Shown here: positions 23,469 to 33,386 of the stretch, piece after piece
Numbering within the stretch: the first letter of the stretch is position 1
How the letters are laid out: each line of letters opens with the position of its first letter
From: Chthoniobacteraceae bacterium
GTDB taxonomy: Bacteria > Verrucomicrobiota > Verrucomicrobiia > Chthoniobacterales > Chthoniobacteraceae
Direction of reading: 5' to 3'
Length of the DNA stretch: 64,000 nucleotides
Assembly: GCA_031409655.1 (NCBI GenBank)
Contig: JANNXQ010000127.1
Location: forward strand, 51,497 to 115,496
Position numbers and translations under genes: made by a program
The notes under the pieces: model-generated
Databases searched by the model: none
What the model was told of the DNA's origin: nothing
Seen by the model: the letters and a program-made list of their open reading frames with translations, nothing else

Positions 23469-24221
23469 TCACCGCAGCCAGCCGCCGGTCGCTTGCAGCG
23501 GCGGCTGGGCTTCGCCGGTGGTGATCCAGGCGGCAAGGGCGCTGGGTGCGTCGGCGGTCTTCGCCGGGAGCTGGAGCGTCGCGGTCCAGCGGCCTTCGGC
23601 GAAGGTGAGCGCCGAGGATTGCAGACGGAGCACGACGAAATCGTGACGAAGCTTGCGGCCGCGGTTTTCGCCGCGCTGGACGTCGCTGGCGAGGTCGGTG
23701 CCGAGCAGGGCGATCCAGACTTGCAGATTCTTTGGCGTCGGTTGGGCGGGTTGGAAGGTGACTTCGGCACGCGACGGATCGGGCAGCGTGACGCTGAGTT
23801 TTCCGACTCTTTCCGAGGAAGGTGCGGGCAGATTTTCGCGCTGGAAGAAGCCCTTCCACTCCCGCCCGCCGGCGACGAACCCTGGCGTATAGACCGAGCT
23901 GCTCTGCCACGCGGCGGAGTAGCGCCGCTGCCGCGCGGTGAAGTCGCGCGAGGCGAAGCGATCCGGCCAGCCGAGGCCGTCCCAGTAGTCCACGTGGAAG
24001 ACCACGGGCACGACCGTCTTCCACAGGTCGGGACTCGTCTTGAGCTTTCCGATCCACGCTTCAGCGGGCGGGCAACTGCTGCAGCCTTCGGAGGTGAAGA
24101 GTTCGAGCAGGGTCGCGGGAGTTTCCCCGCTGGAGAAAGTGCGGGGTTCCGCTTCAGCGGAAAAGGATCCTGCAAGCACTGCGAGGACGGTGGCGGCGAA
24201 TGGGCGGGAGAAAAGAGGCAT
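23469..24221 (-). CDS. DUF1223 thioredoxin-like secreted protein
   Basis: ELFTSEGCSSCPPAE, FHVDYWD.LGWPDRF, VYTPGF and GENRGRKLRHDFVV motifs. Confidence 0.92.
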   Translation of the reverse strand: MPLFSRPFAATVLAVLAGSFSAEAEPRTFSSGETPATLLELFTSEGCSSCPPAEAWIGKLKTSPDLWKTVVPVVFHVDYWDGLGWPDRFASRDFTARQRRYSAAWQSSSVYTPGFVAGGREWKGFFQRENLPAPSSERVGKLSVTLPDPSRAEVTFQPAQPTPKNLQVWIALLGTDLASDVQRGENRGRKLRHDFVVLRLQSSALTFAEGRWTATLQLPAKTADAPSALAAWITTGEAQPPLQATGGWLR

Positions 24222-24267
24222 GTCTGTGAGAGGGGCTGGCGTCCGACTTTCTTCCCGCCGCCGCGCC

Positions 24268-25101
24268 TTACCCGATGAGATCCCGAACCACGTCGGGCGC
24301 TTCCTCGCTGACGAGCACGATGGTCTGATCGGCCCGCGTCCAGGTGGCGACGGTCAGACCGATCTCATTTTTCACGACCGGCGCGAGCGAAGCCGCCGGG
24401 GCATCGCGCAGGCCACGGGATGGCGTGGTAAAGCAATGCACGACGCTCATGTTTGGCATGACGAGGCATTCGAGGCTCACGGGGAGACCTTCGACGTCGT
24501 AGAGGTGGCAGCCTTTCCGCCCGAGCGCTTCGAGCTTTGGGTAAAAGTGGGCGGAGCGCGGAGCCTGCGCGCTGCGGAGCCACTCGGCGACGGCGGCTTT
24601 GTCCATGCTCATGAGCGAAAGGGTGACGCCTTCGTGGGCGATGGTGGTGAGGCGGGTCGTGAGGCGGGACATCGGCAGGCGGCTCTGGTGCCGCCACAGG
24701 AGCGCTCCTCCGGCGCAGACCGCGACGGCCGCCGCCGCGCTGGCGAACCACTCCCGGCGCGACCAATGCGCGATGGTCGCTGGCGCGGGTGTCTCATGGC
24801 TGCGGGTGTGGCGCACGGCTTCGATCACCTGGGCTTCGAGCGTCGCGGGGGGATCGATCTGCGCCCGCGCGGCGCGCATCGCGGTGAGCAGGCGCGCTTC
24901 GAGATCGGCGGGCGGCGCGACGGAGCGCAGCGCGCGTCCGATCGCGGCGTCGGCCTCGCGTTCGCCGGCCAGCGCGGCCTGCAACTCCGCGTCCTCCGCG
25001 GCGGACTCCCGCGCTGCGCGCACATCCGGGTCCGCGTCGTCCTGACCGGAAGGCCGGGTGGCGCGCAGCAACTCGCGGAGGGGATCTGGCTCGTCGTTCA
25101 T
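24268..25101 (-). CDS. Putative membrane-anchored anti-sigma factor
   Basis: Overlaps the ECF sigma stop (ATGA); N-terminal helical domain with PPADLEARLL, a single TM, and a periplasmic domain containing GC...VSLEC. Confidence 0.75.
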   Translation of the reverse strand: MNDEPDPLRELLRATRPSGQDDADPDVRAARESAAEDAELQAALAGEREADAAIGRALRSVAPPADLEARLLTAMRAARAQIDPPATLEAQVIEAVRHTRSHETPAPATIAHWSRREWFASAAAAVAVCAGGALLWRHQSRLPMSRLTTRLTTIAHEGVTLSLMSMDKAAVAEWLRSAQAPRSAHFYPKLEALGRKGCHLYDVEGLPVSLECLVMPNMSVVHCFTTPSRGLRDAPAASLAPVVKNEIGLTVATWTRADQTIVLVSEEAPDVVRDLIG

Positions 25102-25643
25102 GTGGCGGGGCAGAGGATTTGGCGGAGCGCGTCCTTGGCGCGGCTCAGCCGGGACATCACGGTGCCGATCGGCATTTCGAGAGTTGCCGCGATTTCACGG
25201 TAGGAAAGATCTTCCAAATAATAGAGCGAGAGCACCGCCCGATAGGGCTCCTCCAGCGAGTGCAACGCGGCGACCGCGGCGCGGCCATCGAGGGTCTGCG
25301 CTTGCGGCGGAGGCTGCGGCTCGGGTTCGTGCTCGGGATGTTCGTCGAGCGAAGTGAGGCGCGAGGTGCGGCGGCGCAGGTTCAAAAATTCGCGATAGAG
25401 GATCGAGTAGAGCCACCCCTTGATCTTCGTGAGGTCGCGGACCTCGTTCCACTTTTTCGCAAAGATCACCGCGGTCTGTTGCGTGAGGTCAGCGGCATCC
25501 GCCTCCTGTCCGCACAAGGTCAGCGCATACAAATAGAGCGGGCGGTAGTGCTCGCGGATCACGGCCTCGAGCCACTCGTCGAGCGTGCCTTCCCCGATCG
25601 GCGCGGGCGCGTCGGCGGAGGGCGGATCGGGGATGAGATGCAT
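25098..25643 (-). CDS. ECF RNA polymerase sigma factor
   Basis: DAADLTQQT..IKGWLYSILYREFL (region 2) and LSYREIAATLEMPIGTVMSRLSRAK (region 4). Confidence 0.93.
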   Translation of the reverse strand: MHLIPDPPSADAPAPIGEGTLDEWLEAVIREHYRPLYLYALTLCGQEADAADLTQQTAVIFAKKWNEVRDLTKIKGWLYSILYREFLNLRRRTSRLTSLDEHPEHEPEPQPPPQAQTLDGRAAVAALHSLEEPYRAVLSLYYLEDLSYREIAATLEMPIGTVMSRLSRAKDALRQILCPAT

Positions 25644-25691
25644 CGGGGCGGGGAGAGCGGGCTGGAAATCTATAGAAGTGGTCTGCCTCGG

Positions 25692-25797
25692 TGGATGGTG
25701 CGCTCCGCCGCACCATGCCAGACCCATGCCGGAGGCCCATCATTCAGTGTGGCGTCGCGCGCGGATCGAGGCATGGCGCGGCGGAGCGCACCATCCA
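25692..25797. repeat. REPIN-like doublet
   Basis: 28-bp inverted repeat with 1 mismatch: tggatggtgcgctccgccgcaccatgcc / ggcatggcgcggcggagcgcaccatcca. Confidence 0.88.
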
Positions 25798-25936
25798 ACG
25801 AGGGCCGCGAACTTCTTCCACAGGCTGCCAGGTTTTTCCGATGGGAAAGCAAGAGCGTCTCTGGCAGCCAGAGGCCGGAAGATGCGCGGGGCGCACCTTC
25901 CGGCGTGGCTTGGGGCCGGGGTCTGCAGATCGGCTT

Positions 25937-26755
25937 TTAGAAGTTCTCGTTTGGGATGGTCGTGGCGACGTTGCCTTCCTCGACGTTCGTGCCGCCCTGG
26001 GCCACGAAGAACTGCGGCTCGCGGAAAGCTCCGATGAAGGAAGCGAGCGTGTTGTCATTGAACATATTGTGGACCGAACCCGCGCTCACCGCGATGGCCC
26101 AGCCGAAGCGGGCGATGTGGTTGTTGTAAATGCTGTCGCCGCGCGGGCCGGCAGGATCGGGGCTGCCAGACGCGGGATTGTAGCAGATGCCGAGGAGGTT
26201 GTGCGCCGCCGTCGGGCCGCCATTGATGATGTTTTTCAGGAAGCGATTGCCCGCGCTCTTTCCGCCGCGGACGAAGATCCCGAGGTTCACCGAAGAGATG
26301 GTGTTGTGCTCGATGGCGCACGAGCGGCTGTTGATGACCAGCATGCCGATTTCGGTCGGGCCGTTGTTTGGCGCGAGGCCGTCGCCGACGACTTGCACAT
26401 GGCTCACGGCCACATTCGTGGAGTCGGTGATGGCGACGTTGGCGTTGAAGCCGGAGACGTTGCCATTGCGAATGTCCACGCCCTGGGCGCCCTGGACCAC
26501 GAGACCGCGACCAGTGCCGCGAGCGTGGGTCGAGATGCTGAAGCCATTGAGGTCGAGGGTCACATTCGACGCGGTGATGACGACGGCGTCGCCACTCGGC
26601 ACGGTGTAGTTGCGGTAGAGCTTATAGCTGCCGGCGCGGTTGATGGTCCAGACGGAGCTGTTGCCGTGGTCGGCGTGGGCGACGGGTGTGGTGGTCACGA
26701 GCGCGGCGAGGGCGAGGCCCGCGACGGCGGTGAGACGGAGGATGGATTTGATCAT
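25937..26755 (-). CDS. Secreted right-handed parallel beta-helix protein
   Basis: Signal peptide; TINRAGSYKL...ITASNVTLDLNGFSI followed by Asn/Gly-rich beta-helix rungs. Confidence 0.85.
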   Translation of the reverse strand: MIKSILRLTAVAGLALAALVTTTPVAHADHGNSSVWTINRAGSYKLYRNYTVPSGDAVVITASNVTLDLNGFSISTHARGTGRGLVVQGAQGVDIRNGNVSGFNANVAITDSTNVAVSHVQVVGDGLAPNNGPTEIGMLVINSRSCAIEHNTISSVNLGIFVRGGKSAGNRFLKNIINGGPTAAHNLLGICYNPASGSPDPAGPRGDSIYNNHIARFGWAIAVSAGSVHNMFNDNTLASFIGAFREPQFFVAQGGTNVEEGNVATTIPNENF

Positions 26756-26823
26756 GGTGTTTTTTGGAACTGCGTTGTTTTAGGTTGCTTGGTGGAACCG
26801 CTGCACGGCAGCGGCGGCAGCAA

Positions 26824-26850
26824 AGACACGGCAGCTCTCCGACTTATTCC
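26824..26850 (-). promoter_or_regulatory. Candidate ECF-type promoter (GGAATAA-N16-GTCT)
   Basis: Minus strand reads ggaataa gtcggagagctgccgt gtct, about 70 nt upstream of the 26755 start. A similar motif occurs at 24229-24255. Confidence 0.4.
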
Positions 26851-26905
26851 CTCGGGGAATAAATATTTCTGGCCACCCCCGGGCCATCAGGCATACGCCT
26901 GCCAG

Positions 26906-28432
26906 ATGAAGTTCCTCCTCCCACTCCTCGCCGTGCTCGCTGCCCTCCCGCTGGCCCCGGCGAAGGCCGCCGACGGGAAGCGCACCAACGTGCTCTTCCT
27001 CATCGCCGATGACCTGAACAACCTGCTCGGCTGCTACGGCGAAAAGGACGCGCAGACGCCGAATATTGATCGGCTCGCCGCGCGCGGCGTACGCTTCGAT
27101 CGCGCCTATTGCACCTTCCCGCTCTGCGGCCCGAGCCGGAACTCGATGCTCACCGGCTTGTATCCGAACAGCACCGGCATCCTCACGAATGCGCAGATCT
27201 TCCGGCAGTCGATCCCCGCGCAGGTGAGCCTGTCGCAGGCCTTCCGACAGCAGGGCTACCTGGCTGCGCGGATCGGCAAGCTCTACCACTACAATGTGCC
27301 AAACTCGATCGGGACGAATGGCCACGACGATCCCGCGTCGTGGGAACTGGAACTCAACCCCGCGGGCGTCGATCGCACCGAGGAGCACCCGAAAATCTTC
27401 AGCCTCACGCCGAAGCAATTTGGCGGCACGCTGAGCTGGTATGCTTCGCCGAAAGGTGACGCGGAACACACCGACGGCAAGATGGCCGCGGATGCCGAGT
27501 GGGTGCTCGAGCGCTGCGCAAAGCAGAAAGATCGTCCGTTCTTTCTCGCGCTCGGATTTTTCCGCCCGCACACCCCGTATGTCGCGCCGAAGACGCCTTA
27601 CTTCGACCAGCATCCCGAGGCGCAGATGCGTGTGGTGCAGGGTGTGCCGGAAGATCAGGCGGACATCCCGGCGGCTGCGCTCGGCAGCTACAAGAAGGAG
27701 CAGGACCAGCTCACCGACGATCTCCGCCGGCAGGCGCTCCAGGCATATCGCGCGAGCATCAGCTTCTTGGACGCGCAGGTCGGTCGCGTCGTTGCCGCGC
27801 TCGATCGCCTCGGGCTCGCGGAGAGCACGGTGATCGTCTTCACCAGCGACCACGGCTACCACACCGGCGAGCACGGGCTGTGGCAGAAGCAGAGTCTCTT
27901 TGAGGAAAGCGCGCGCGTCCCGCTGCTCATCGTCGCGCCCGGCGTCGCGCCGCAGAATGCCGTGGCGAAATCGCCCGTGAGCCACCTCGACCTCTACCCC
28001 ACGCTCGCCGAACTCTGCGGAGTGAAAGCGCCCGCGAATCTCCAGGGCCAGAGCCTCGTGCCGCTACTGCGCGATCCCTCCGTTGCCGGTCGCGGCTGGG
28101 CGCTCACGCAAGTGGTGCGCGGCGGAAACTTCAACCGTCAGGGCGCTGCTCCCGCCATCGCGGATAAGGGAAAACGTTTCTTCGGCTACAGCCTGCGCAC
28201 GCCGCGCTGGCGCTACACCGAGTGGGGTGAAGGTGAGCAAGGCCGCGAACTCTACGACCACGACGCCGACCCGAAGGAACTCACCAACCTCGCCACTGTC
28301 CCCGCGCACGCGAAGACCGTGGAAGAACTCTCCGCGCAAGTCCGCGCCGCCGCGAAGACCACCTATCCCGCATCGGGAACCACCCCCGAGGTCGAACCCG
28401 GTCTGTGGGCGCCGCTGCTCGTCGATCCTTGA
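26906..28432 (+). CDS. Sulfatase (iduronate-2-sulfatase-like)
   Basis: MKFLLPLL signal; NVLFLIADDLN, CGPSR, GKLYH, RPHTP and SDHGYHTGEHGLWQK motifs. Confidence 0.95.
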   Translation: MKFLLPLLAVLAALPLAPAKAADGKRTNVLFLIADDLNNLLGCYGEKDAQTPNIDRLAARGVRFDRAYCTFPLCGPSRNSMLTGLYPNSTGILTNAQIFRQSIPAQVSLSQAFRQQGYLAARIGKLYHYNVPNSIGTNGHDDPASWELELNPAGVDRTEEHPKIFSLTPKQFGGTLSWYASPKGDAEHTDGKMAADAEWVLERCAKQKDRPFFLALGFFRPHTPYVAPKTPYFDQHPEAQMRVVQGVPEDQADIPAAALGSYKKEQDQLTDDLRRQALQAYRASISFLDAQVGRVVAALDRLGLAESTVIVFTSDHGYHTGEHGLWQKQSLFEESARVPLLIVAPGVAPQNAVAKSPVSHLDLYPTLAELCGVKAPANLQGQSLVPLLRDPSVAGRGWALTQVVRGGNFNRQGAAPAIADKGKRFFGYSLRTPRWRYTEWGEGEQGRELYDHDADPKELTNLATVPAHAKTVEELSAQVRAAAKTTYPASGTTPEVEPGLWAPLLVDP

Positions 28433-28444
28433 TGAACTCGCTCG

Positions 28445-29248
28445 ATGCCTGAACTCGCCGAGGTCGAATTTTTTCGCAAACAATGGGACGTGGGCCTCGG
28501 GGTGAAGATCACCCGCGTCGCGCTGCATGGGAGCAAGCGACTCTTTCGGGGAATGGACGTGGCGCGGCTCGGGGCCGCGCTCATGGGGGCGACTCTGGTC
28601 GGCTCGGAGGCGCGGGCGAAGCAGATGCTCTTTGCCTTCCGCAAAGGGCGGGAGCGCGCGTGGCTGGGCGTGCATCTCGGGATGACGGGGAAGCTTTCCG
28701 TGGCACCGCGGGGCTTCGAGCCGGGGAAGCACGATCACCTCGTGCTCTTGCAAGCGAAGCGCACCCTGGTCTTCACGGATCCCCGAGTTTTCGGGCGCGT
28801 GCTTTTTTCCGCAGGCACCGAGCCGCCGGAGTGGTGGACGAAACTCCCGCCGGCGGTGACTTCGCCGGAGTTCACGGTCGAGCGGGTGCGGGCGTTTCTG
28901 AAGCGGCGCGCGCGGCTTTCGGTAAAGGCGGCGCTGCTGGTCCAGAGCGCCTTTCCAGGCGTGGGAAATTGGATGGCGGACGAGATCCTCTGGCGCGGGC
29001 GGATCAGTCCGCGGGTCCTTTGCGGGAAGCTCACGGCAGCGCGTGCGGAGGTGCTCTGGCGGGAGGCGCGGGAGGTCTGCCGGATCTCGATGGAGACGGT
29101 GGCGGTCGATTTTTCCGATCCGCCGGCGGACTGGTTTTACCACGAGCGCTGGACGCCCCACGGACACTGCCCGCGTTGCGCGGTGGAGATCAAAACGGCG
29201 ACGATCGGCGGACGTACCACGCGCTGGTGCCCGGTCTGTCAGCGCTGA
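28445..29248 (+). CDS. mutM: Fpg/Nei family DNA glycosylase
   Basis: N-terminal MPELAEVE, HLGMTG, DPRVFG, GVGNWMADEIL (H2TH) and a CPRC..WCPVCQ zinc finger. Confidence 0.88.
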   Translation: MPELAEVEFFRKQWDVGLGVKITRVALHGSKRLFRGMDVARLGAALMGATLVGSEARAKQMLFAFRKGRERAWLGVHLGMTGKLSVAPRGFEPGKHDHLVLLQAKRTLVFTDPRVFGRVLFSAGTEPPEWWTKLPPAVTSPEFTVERVRAFLKRRARLSVKAALLVQSAFPGVGNWMADEILWRGRISPRVLCGKLTAARAEVLWREAREVCRISMETVAVDFSDPPADWFYHERWTPHGHCPRCAVEIKTATIGGRTTRWCPVCQR

Positions 29249-29251
29249 CGG

Positions 29252-31234
29252 CTACGGCTGCGCGTTGAAGTCCCAGCGCTGCGCTTTCCCTTTCGCCGGC
29301 GCGACCTCGATCCAATCGACTTCCACGGGCTGCTGGCTGGCGGGCAGATAGACGCGCATCGTGCCCAGGGGACCGTCTTCCGGGACCGTGGTCGAGAGCT
29401 CCTGCCAGTCCCCAGGCGCCACGAGGAAAGGCACGGACTTTACGTTCGTCGGATCGGCGGCACCTTGCGGCAGCCACTCCACTTTGCCCGCGCCCGCGCC
29501 GCTGGAGCGCACGCGGATTTTTACCACGGCGGGACCGTTCACTTTGCCCATGGCATGGCCGAGAAAGGCGTTCGCTCGGCCGGTCACGGAGAGCACGCCA
29601 TCTTTGCTCGTTGCCTGGCACTGGCGCGCCTTCCAGCCTTCGAGCGGGTCAGCAGTTTTCTTCGGGTTTGCGGGGCGGGCGAGCGCGACTTTGAAGGCGG
29701 GATTCGGTTGCGGGAAAGTCGCACCGGTTTCGGCGAGGAAGCCGTCGATGAGGGCGTTCATTTCCTGCACGCGCGCGGGTTCGGCGGCGGCGCGGCTGGT
29801 CGCTTCGCTCAAGTCCTCGCGGAGGTCGTAGAGTTCGTGCCGGCCCGCGTCGTCCGCGGGCATTCCGAACCACCGGATCAGCTTCCAATCGCCGGCGCGC
29901 ACCCAGACGCCGCCCGCGCTCCCGAGGCTGCCGCCGTGCGGGAAGTAGTTGAAGAAGGCGCGCCGCTCCAGCGGGCCTTCGGACTTCAGCACCCGCGCGT
30001 AGCTCACCCCGTCGATCTTCTGCGGCGCGGGCTTCGGGAGTCCGAGCAGATCGAGCACCGTCGGATAGAGGTCGATGTGCCCGACCACCGCCTCGCTCGT
30101 CTTCCCCGCGCCGATGCGGCCCGGCCACGACCACATCAGCGGGACCCGCGTGCCGCCTTCGTAGAGCGTGCCTTTGCCATCGCGCAGCGGCGTGTTCATC
30201 GTCGGCGGCTGATCGCCGGCCCACTTCCGCCAGTCCGCGAAGAACTCGCTTTTGGTCTGCTCCGCCTTCGCGGTCTTGGCCGTTGCAGGCACGTTGCTGT
30301 GGGTGTTGCCGCCGTTGTCGGAGTTGAAGACGACGATCGTATTCTCCGCGAGTCCGTGCTTTTCCAGCGCCGCGAGGACGCGCCCGAAGCATTCGTCCAC
30401 GCTCTTGAGCATCGAGGCCATGATGGGATTTCCCTGCGCCCCGCGCGGATCTTTCTTTGCCGCGAAGGCCTTCGTGTATTCCGGCTTGTGTCCCCATGGA
30501 CCATGCACGCCGTAGTTCCAGAGGTTCAGGAAAAAGGGACGGCCCTTATTTTCGGCGATGAGTTTCTCCGCCTCCGCCGCGAGCCGATCGACGATGTATT
30601 CCCCCGCCGGGCCGTCGGTGATCGTGCCGACTTTGTTTTTGCCGCCAGGCTTGCCGTCCGCGGCGACGCCGTAGGGCGAGAAGTAATTCCCCGGCGGCCC
30701 CGGATCGGGATGGCAATGAAAGGCCACGTCGAAGCCCTGCTGCTCCGGCCAGTGCGGTTGCGTGAGGCCGAGGTGCCACTTCCCGAGATGCGCCGTGCGA
30801 TAGCCCGCCGTGCGCAACGCTTCAGCGAGGGTGTATTCGCCGGGCTCGAGGAAATTCCTGCTCTCCGGCATGAGCATCCGCTGGTTCGCCGGCCCACTGG
30901 TGGCCAGAGACGGGTGCCCCGCGGCTTGCGGTGGGAGATGCCCGGTCGCGCTGGTGATGCCGTGGCGCGCGGAGTACCTCCCGGTGAGCAGACTCGCGCG
31001 CGTCGGCGAGCAGAGCGGCTGCGCATAGGCATCGGTGAAGCGCATTGCCCGCGACGCGAAGCGGTCGATGTTTGGCGTCTCGTAATACTTCGATCCGTAA
31101 GCACCGCAATCCATCCAGCCCATGTCGTCCACGAGGAAGACGATGACATTCGGCTTCGTCGCGGCCAGGACGTGGGTGGAGAGTACGCAGAGGAGGGCGG
31201 GGAGGAGGGCGGGGAGGAGGGTGAAAAGTTTCAT
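29252..31234 (-). CDS. Sulfatase with C-terminal accessory (CBM-like) domain
   Basis: KPNVIVFLVDDMG, CSPTR, GKWHLG and YEGGTRVP motifs; about 130-aa beta-rich C-terminal extension ending VEVDWIEV. Confidence 0.93.
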   Translation of the reverse strand: MKLFTLLPALLPALLCVLSTHVLAATKPNVIVFLVDDMGWMDCGAYGSKYYETPNIDRFASRAMRFTDAYAQPLCSPTRASLLTGRYSARHGITSATGHLPPQAAGHPSLATSGPANQRMLMPESRNFLEPGEYTLAEALRTAGYRTAHLGKWHLGLTQPHWPEQQGFDVAFHCHPDPGPPGNYFSPYGVAADGKPGGKNKVGTITDGPAGEYIVDRLAAEAEKLIAENKGRPFFLNLWNYGVHGPWGHKPEYTKAFAAKKDPRGAQGNPIMASMLKSVDECFGRVLAALEKHGLAENTIVVFNSDNGGNTHSNVPATAKTAKAEQTKSEFFADWRKWAGDQPPTMNTPLRDGKGTLYEGGTRVPLMWSWPGRIGAGKTSEAVVGHIDLYPTVLDLLGLPKPAPQKIDGVSYARVLKSEGPLERRAFFNYFPHGGSLGSAGGVWVRAGDWKLIRWFGMPADDAGRHELYDLREDLSEATSRAAAEPARVQEMNALIDGFLAETGATFPQPNPAFKVALARPANPKKTADPLEGWKARQCQATSKDGVLSVTGRANAFLGHAMGKVNGPAVVKIRVRSSGAGAGKVEWLPQGAADPTNVKSVPFLVAPGDWQELSTTVPEDGPLGTMRVYLPASQQPVEVDWIEVAPAKGKAQRWDFNAQP

Positions 31235-31307
31235 GGTGACGTGGTGAAGGTTGAACCGCGCGAGCGCCGCAAAATTGGCGGGCAAAGAAGCGGAGGTGGG
31301 CTCCCGC

Positions 31308-31398
31308 TCTTCCTCTTAATCTTCCTCTTCCTCTTCCTCCTCCCAAGTGCGTCGCTGAGTGGGAATGAGGAAGGGGAAGAGGAAGATTAAGAGGAAGA
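31308..31398. repeat. Head-to-head hexamer (TCTTCC) tandem palindrome
   Basis: 32-bp arms at 31308-31339 and 31367-31398, 1 mismatch. Confidence 0.9.
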
Positions 31399-31416
31399 AC
31401 GGAGACGGAGAGCCCG

Positions 31417-32196
31417 CTAGGCTTTTACTGTGCCCCAGCGGCGGTGGAGGAAACGCTCCCATGGACTGAAGAGGATCTTATCCGCGAGCAGGCCGATGAC
31501 GATGATCACCAGCATGATCCCGATGACTTGCTCCATGGCATTCAGCTCGCGTCCGAAATGCAGAAGCTGCCCGAGGCCGAAGCCGGTGAGGATGGTGACG
31601 TAGATCTCCGCGGCCATCAGGGACCGCCAGGCGAAGGCCCAGCCCTGCTTGATCCCCGAGACGATGAAGGGCAGTGAGGCGGGCAACTTGACAAAGACCC
31701 AGGTGTGCAGGCCGCTCGAACCCATGGTCCGCGCGGCGCGGGCGTAGATGGGTGGGACATTGCGCACGCCATTGTCCGTGGCGAGGGCCACGGACCAGAC
31801 GGTGCCCATGACGACGACGAAAAGCATGGCCACCTCTGTCTGCCCAAACCAGATGATCGCCAGCGGCACCCAGCAGACGCTCGGTAGCGCTTGGAGGCCG
31901 AGGCCGAGCACGCCGATGGTGTCATTCGCCCATTGGAAGCGCGCGGTGAAAAGTCCCAACGGCACGCCCACGACGACACCGACGGCGTAGCCGTAGAGCA
32001 GGCGTTTCAAAGTGACGGCCAGCGCTTCAAAGAGAGTGCGATCCTGAACCGCACTGACGAGGTACTCCCAGACGGTGAGCGGGGAGGGGAAGAGCACGGC
32101 GAGGCCGGGCTTGCCCTGGGTGAGCGAGAGCTGCGCGAAATGCCAGAAAGCGCCGAGCGCGGCGAAGAAGAGGAGGGCGGTGGCGGTGCGCTTCAT
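31417..32196 (-). CDS. ABC transporter permease (SsuC/TauC/NrtB-like)
   Basis: LFPSP, QALPSVCWVPLAIIWFG, AARTMG..LPASLP and AWRSLMAAE motifs. Confidence 0.93.
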   Translation of the reverse strand: MKRTATALLFFAALGAFWHFAQLSLTQGKPGLAVLFPSPLTVWEYLVSAVQDRTLFEALAVTLKRLLYGYAVGVVVGVPLGLFTARFQWANDTIGVLGLGLQALPSVCWVPLAIIWFGQTEVAMLFVVVMGTVWSVALATDNGVRNVPPIYARAARTMGSSGLHTWVFVKLPASLPFIVSGIKQGWAFAWRSLMAAEIYVTILTGFGLGQLLHFGRELNAMEQVIGIMLVIIVIGLLADKILFSPWERFLHRRWGTVKA

Positions 32197-32234
32197 TTTC
32201 CCGTGCGAACGATCGCCCTCTCGGAGGGTGAGGG

Positions 32235-32344
32235 ACATCGAACATCGAACATCGAACTTCGAACACCGAAATACCTCGGAAGCCGGGCGCCCACGCGCAG
32301 CGTCGATTCGATGTTCGATGTCCGAAGTTCGATGTTCGATGTTC
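32235..32344. repeat. Head-to-head heptamer (ACATCGA) tandem palindrome
   Basis: About five acatcga/acttcga units, a 36-bp spacer, then about five ttcgatg units; lies between the ABC ATPase and permease genes. Confidence 0.9.
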
Positions 32345-32350
32345 TCCCAA

Positions 32351-33169
32351 TCATATCTCGTAGTCGTCCGCCTTCCCGCCCATCCCACCCGTCTTCAGCG
32401 CCCGGGTGATCCGGCTGGCGTAGCTGGCGAGGTCGGGGCTGTTGATGTCGCGCGGGCGGGGGAGGGTGATCCGAAATTCGCCGACGAGGCGCCCCGGATG
32501 CGGGGTGAAAATGACGACGCGGTCGCCGAGGCAGACGGCTTCGCGGACATTGTGGGTCACGAAGACGATGGTCTTTTTCCGGGCCTCCCAGATCTCCTGG
32601 ATGTCGCCGTAGAGCTGCTCGCGGGTCATGGCGTCGAGCGCGGCGAAAGGTTCGTCCATGAGCAGCACGCGCGGATTGGGCGCGAGCGAGCGGGCGAGGG
32701 CCACGCGCTGTTTCATGCCGCCGGAAAGCTCGTGGACATTGGATTGCGCGAACTTTTCCAGGCCGACGAGCTGGATGTAAAACATGGCCACTTCCTTGCG
32801 CTCGGCCTTGGTCAGCTGCGGCTTGAGCTTCAGACCAAACATCACATTGCCCAGCACCGTGAGCCACGGGAAGAGCGCGGACTCCTGAAACATCATCATG
32901 CGGTCGCGCCCGGGTTCGGTGACCATCTTGCCCTCGGCAAGGATGGCGCCCTGATCGGCGAATTCCAGACCGGCGATCATGTTTAGGAGGGTGGATTTTC
33001 CGCATCCGCTCGGACCGACGAAGCAGACGAACTGTCCCTCGTCGATGTTCAACGAGACGTTGTCGAGCGCGTGGGTCTGGACGGTGCCGTCGCGGAACCA
33101 TTTCGAGACGCCGTTGATCGCCAGCTTGAGCGGGCGGACTTCGCGCAGTTCTTCAGCGACGGTACTCAT
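32351..33169 (-). CDS. ABC transporter ATP-binding protein (SsuB/TauB/NrtD-like)
   Basis: GPSGCGKS, LSGGMKQR, LLMDEPF and VTH motifs. Confidence 0.95.
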   Translation of the reverse strand: MSTVAEELREVRPLKLAINGVSKWFRDGTVQTHALDNVSLNIDEGQFVCFVGPSGCGKSTLLNMIAGLEFADQGAILAEGKMVTEPGRDRMMMFQESALFPWLTVLGNVMFGLKLKPQLTKAERKEVAMFYIQLVGLEKFAQSNVHELSGGMKQRVALARSLAPNPRVLLMDEPFAALDAMTREQLYGDIQEIWEARKKTIVFVTHNVREAVCLGDRVVIFTPHPGRLVGEFRITLPRPRDINSPDLASYASRITRALKTGGMGGKADDYEI

Positions 33170-33286
33170 CGTCGGAGGTGATTGGAAAAGTGGAGCGGCA
33201 CGGGGCGGAGAGGGTTTGGGGAAATGAGGGAGTGGGCAAGCGCGATTTCGCGCCGTCGTCGGTTGCGGAGGAGCGCAGGCCGCCTT

Positions 33287-33380
33287 TGGAGTAGCGCAGG
33301 CTTCCAGCCTGTTCTTCGCCGAGGAACACAGGCTGGAAGCCTGCGGCACTCCCGCCACGCAGGATGCCTGCGCTACTCCA
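33287..33380. repeat. GTAG-foot REP cluster
   Basis: tggaGTAGcgcaggcttccagcctgt ... acaggctggaagcctgcg ... gcaggatgcctgcgCTACtcca. Confidence 0.88.
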
Positions 33381-33386
33381 CTGCAC

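Noticed and set aside
25691..26905. 913-aa sulfatase with a long N-terminal extension
   Set aside because: The extension is the antisense shadow of the beta-helix gene; a clear signal peptide begins at 26906.
31190..31222. 12-bp tandem in a sulfatase signal peptide as a phase-variation tract
   Set aside because: The unit is a multiple of 3 (LPAL repeats), so slippage would not shift the frame.
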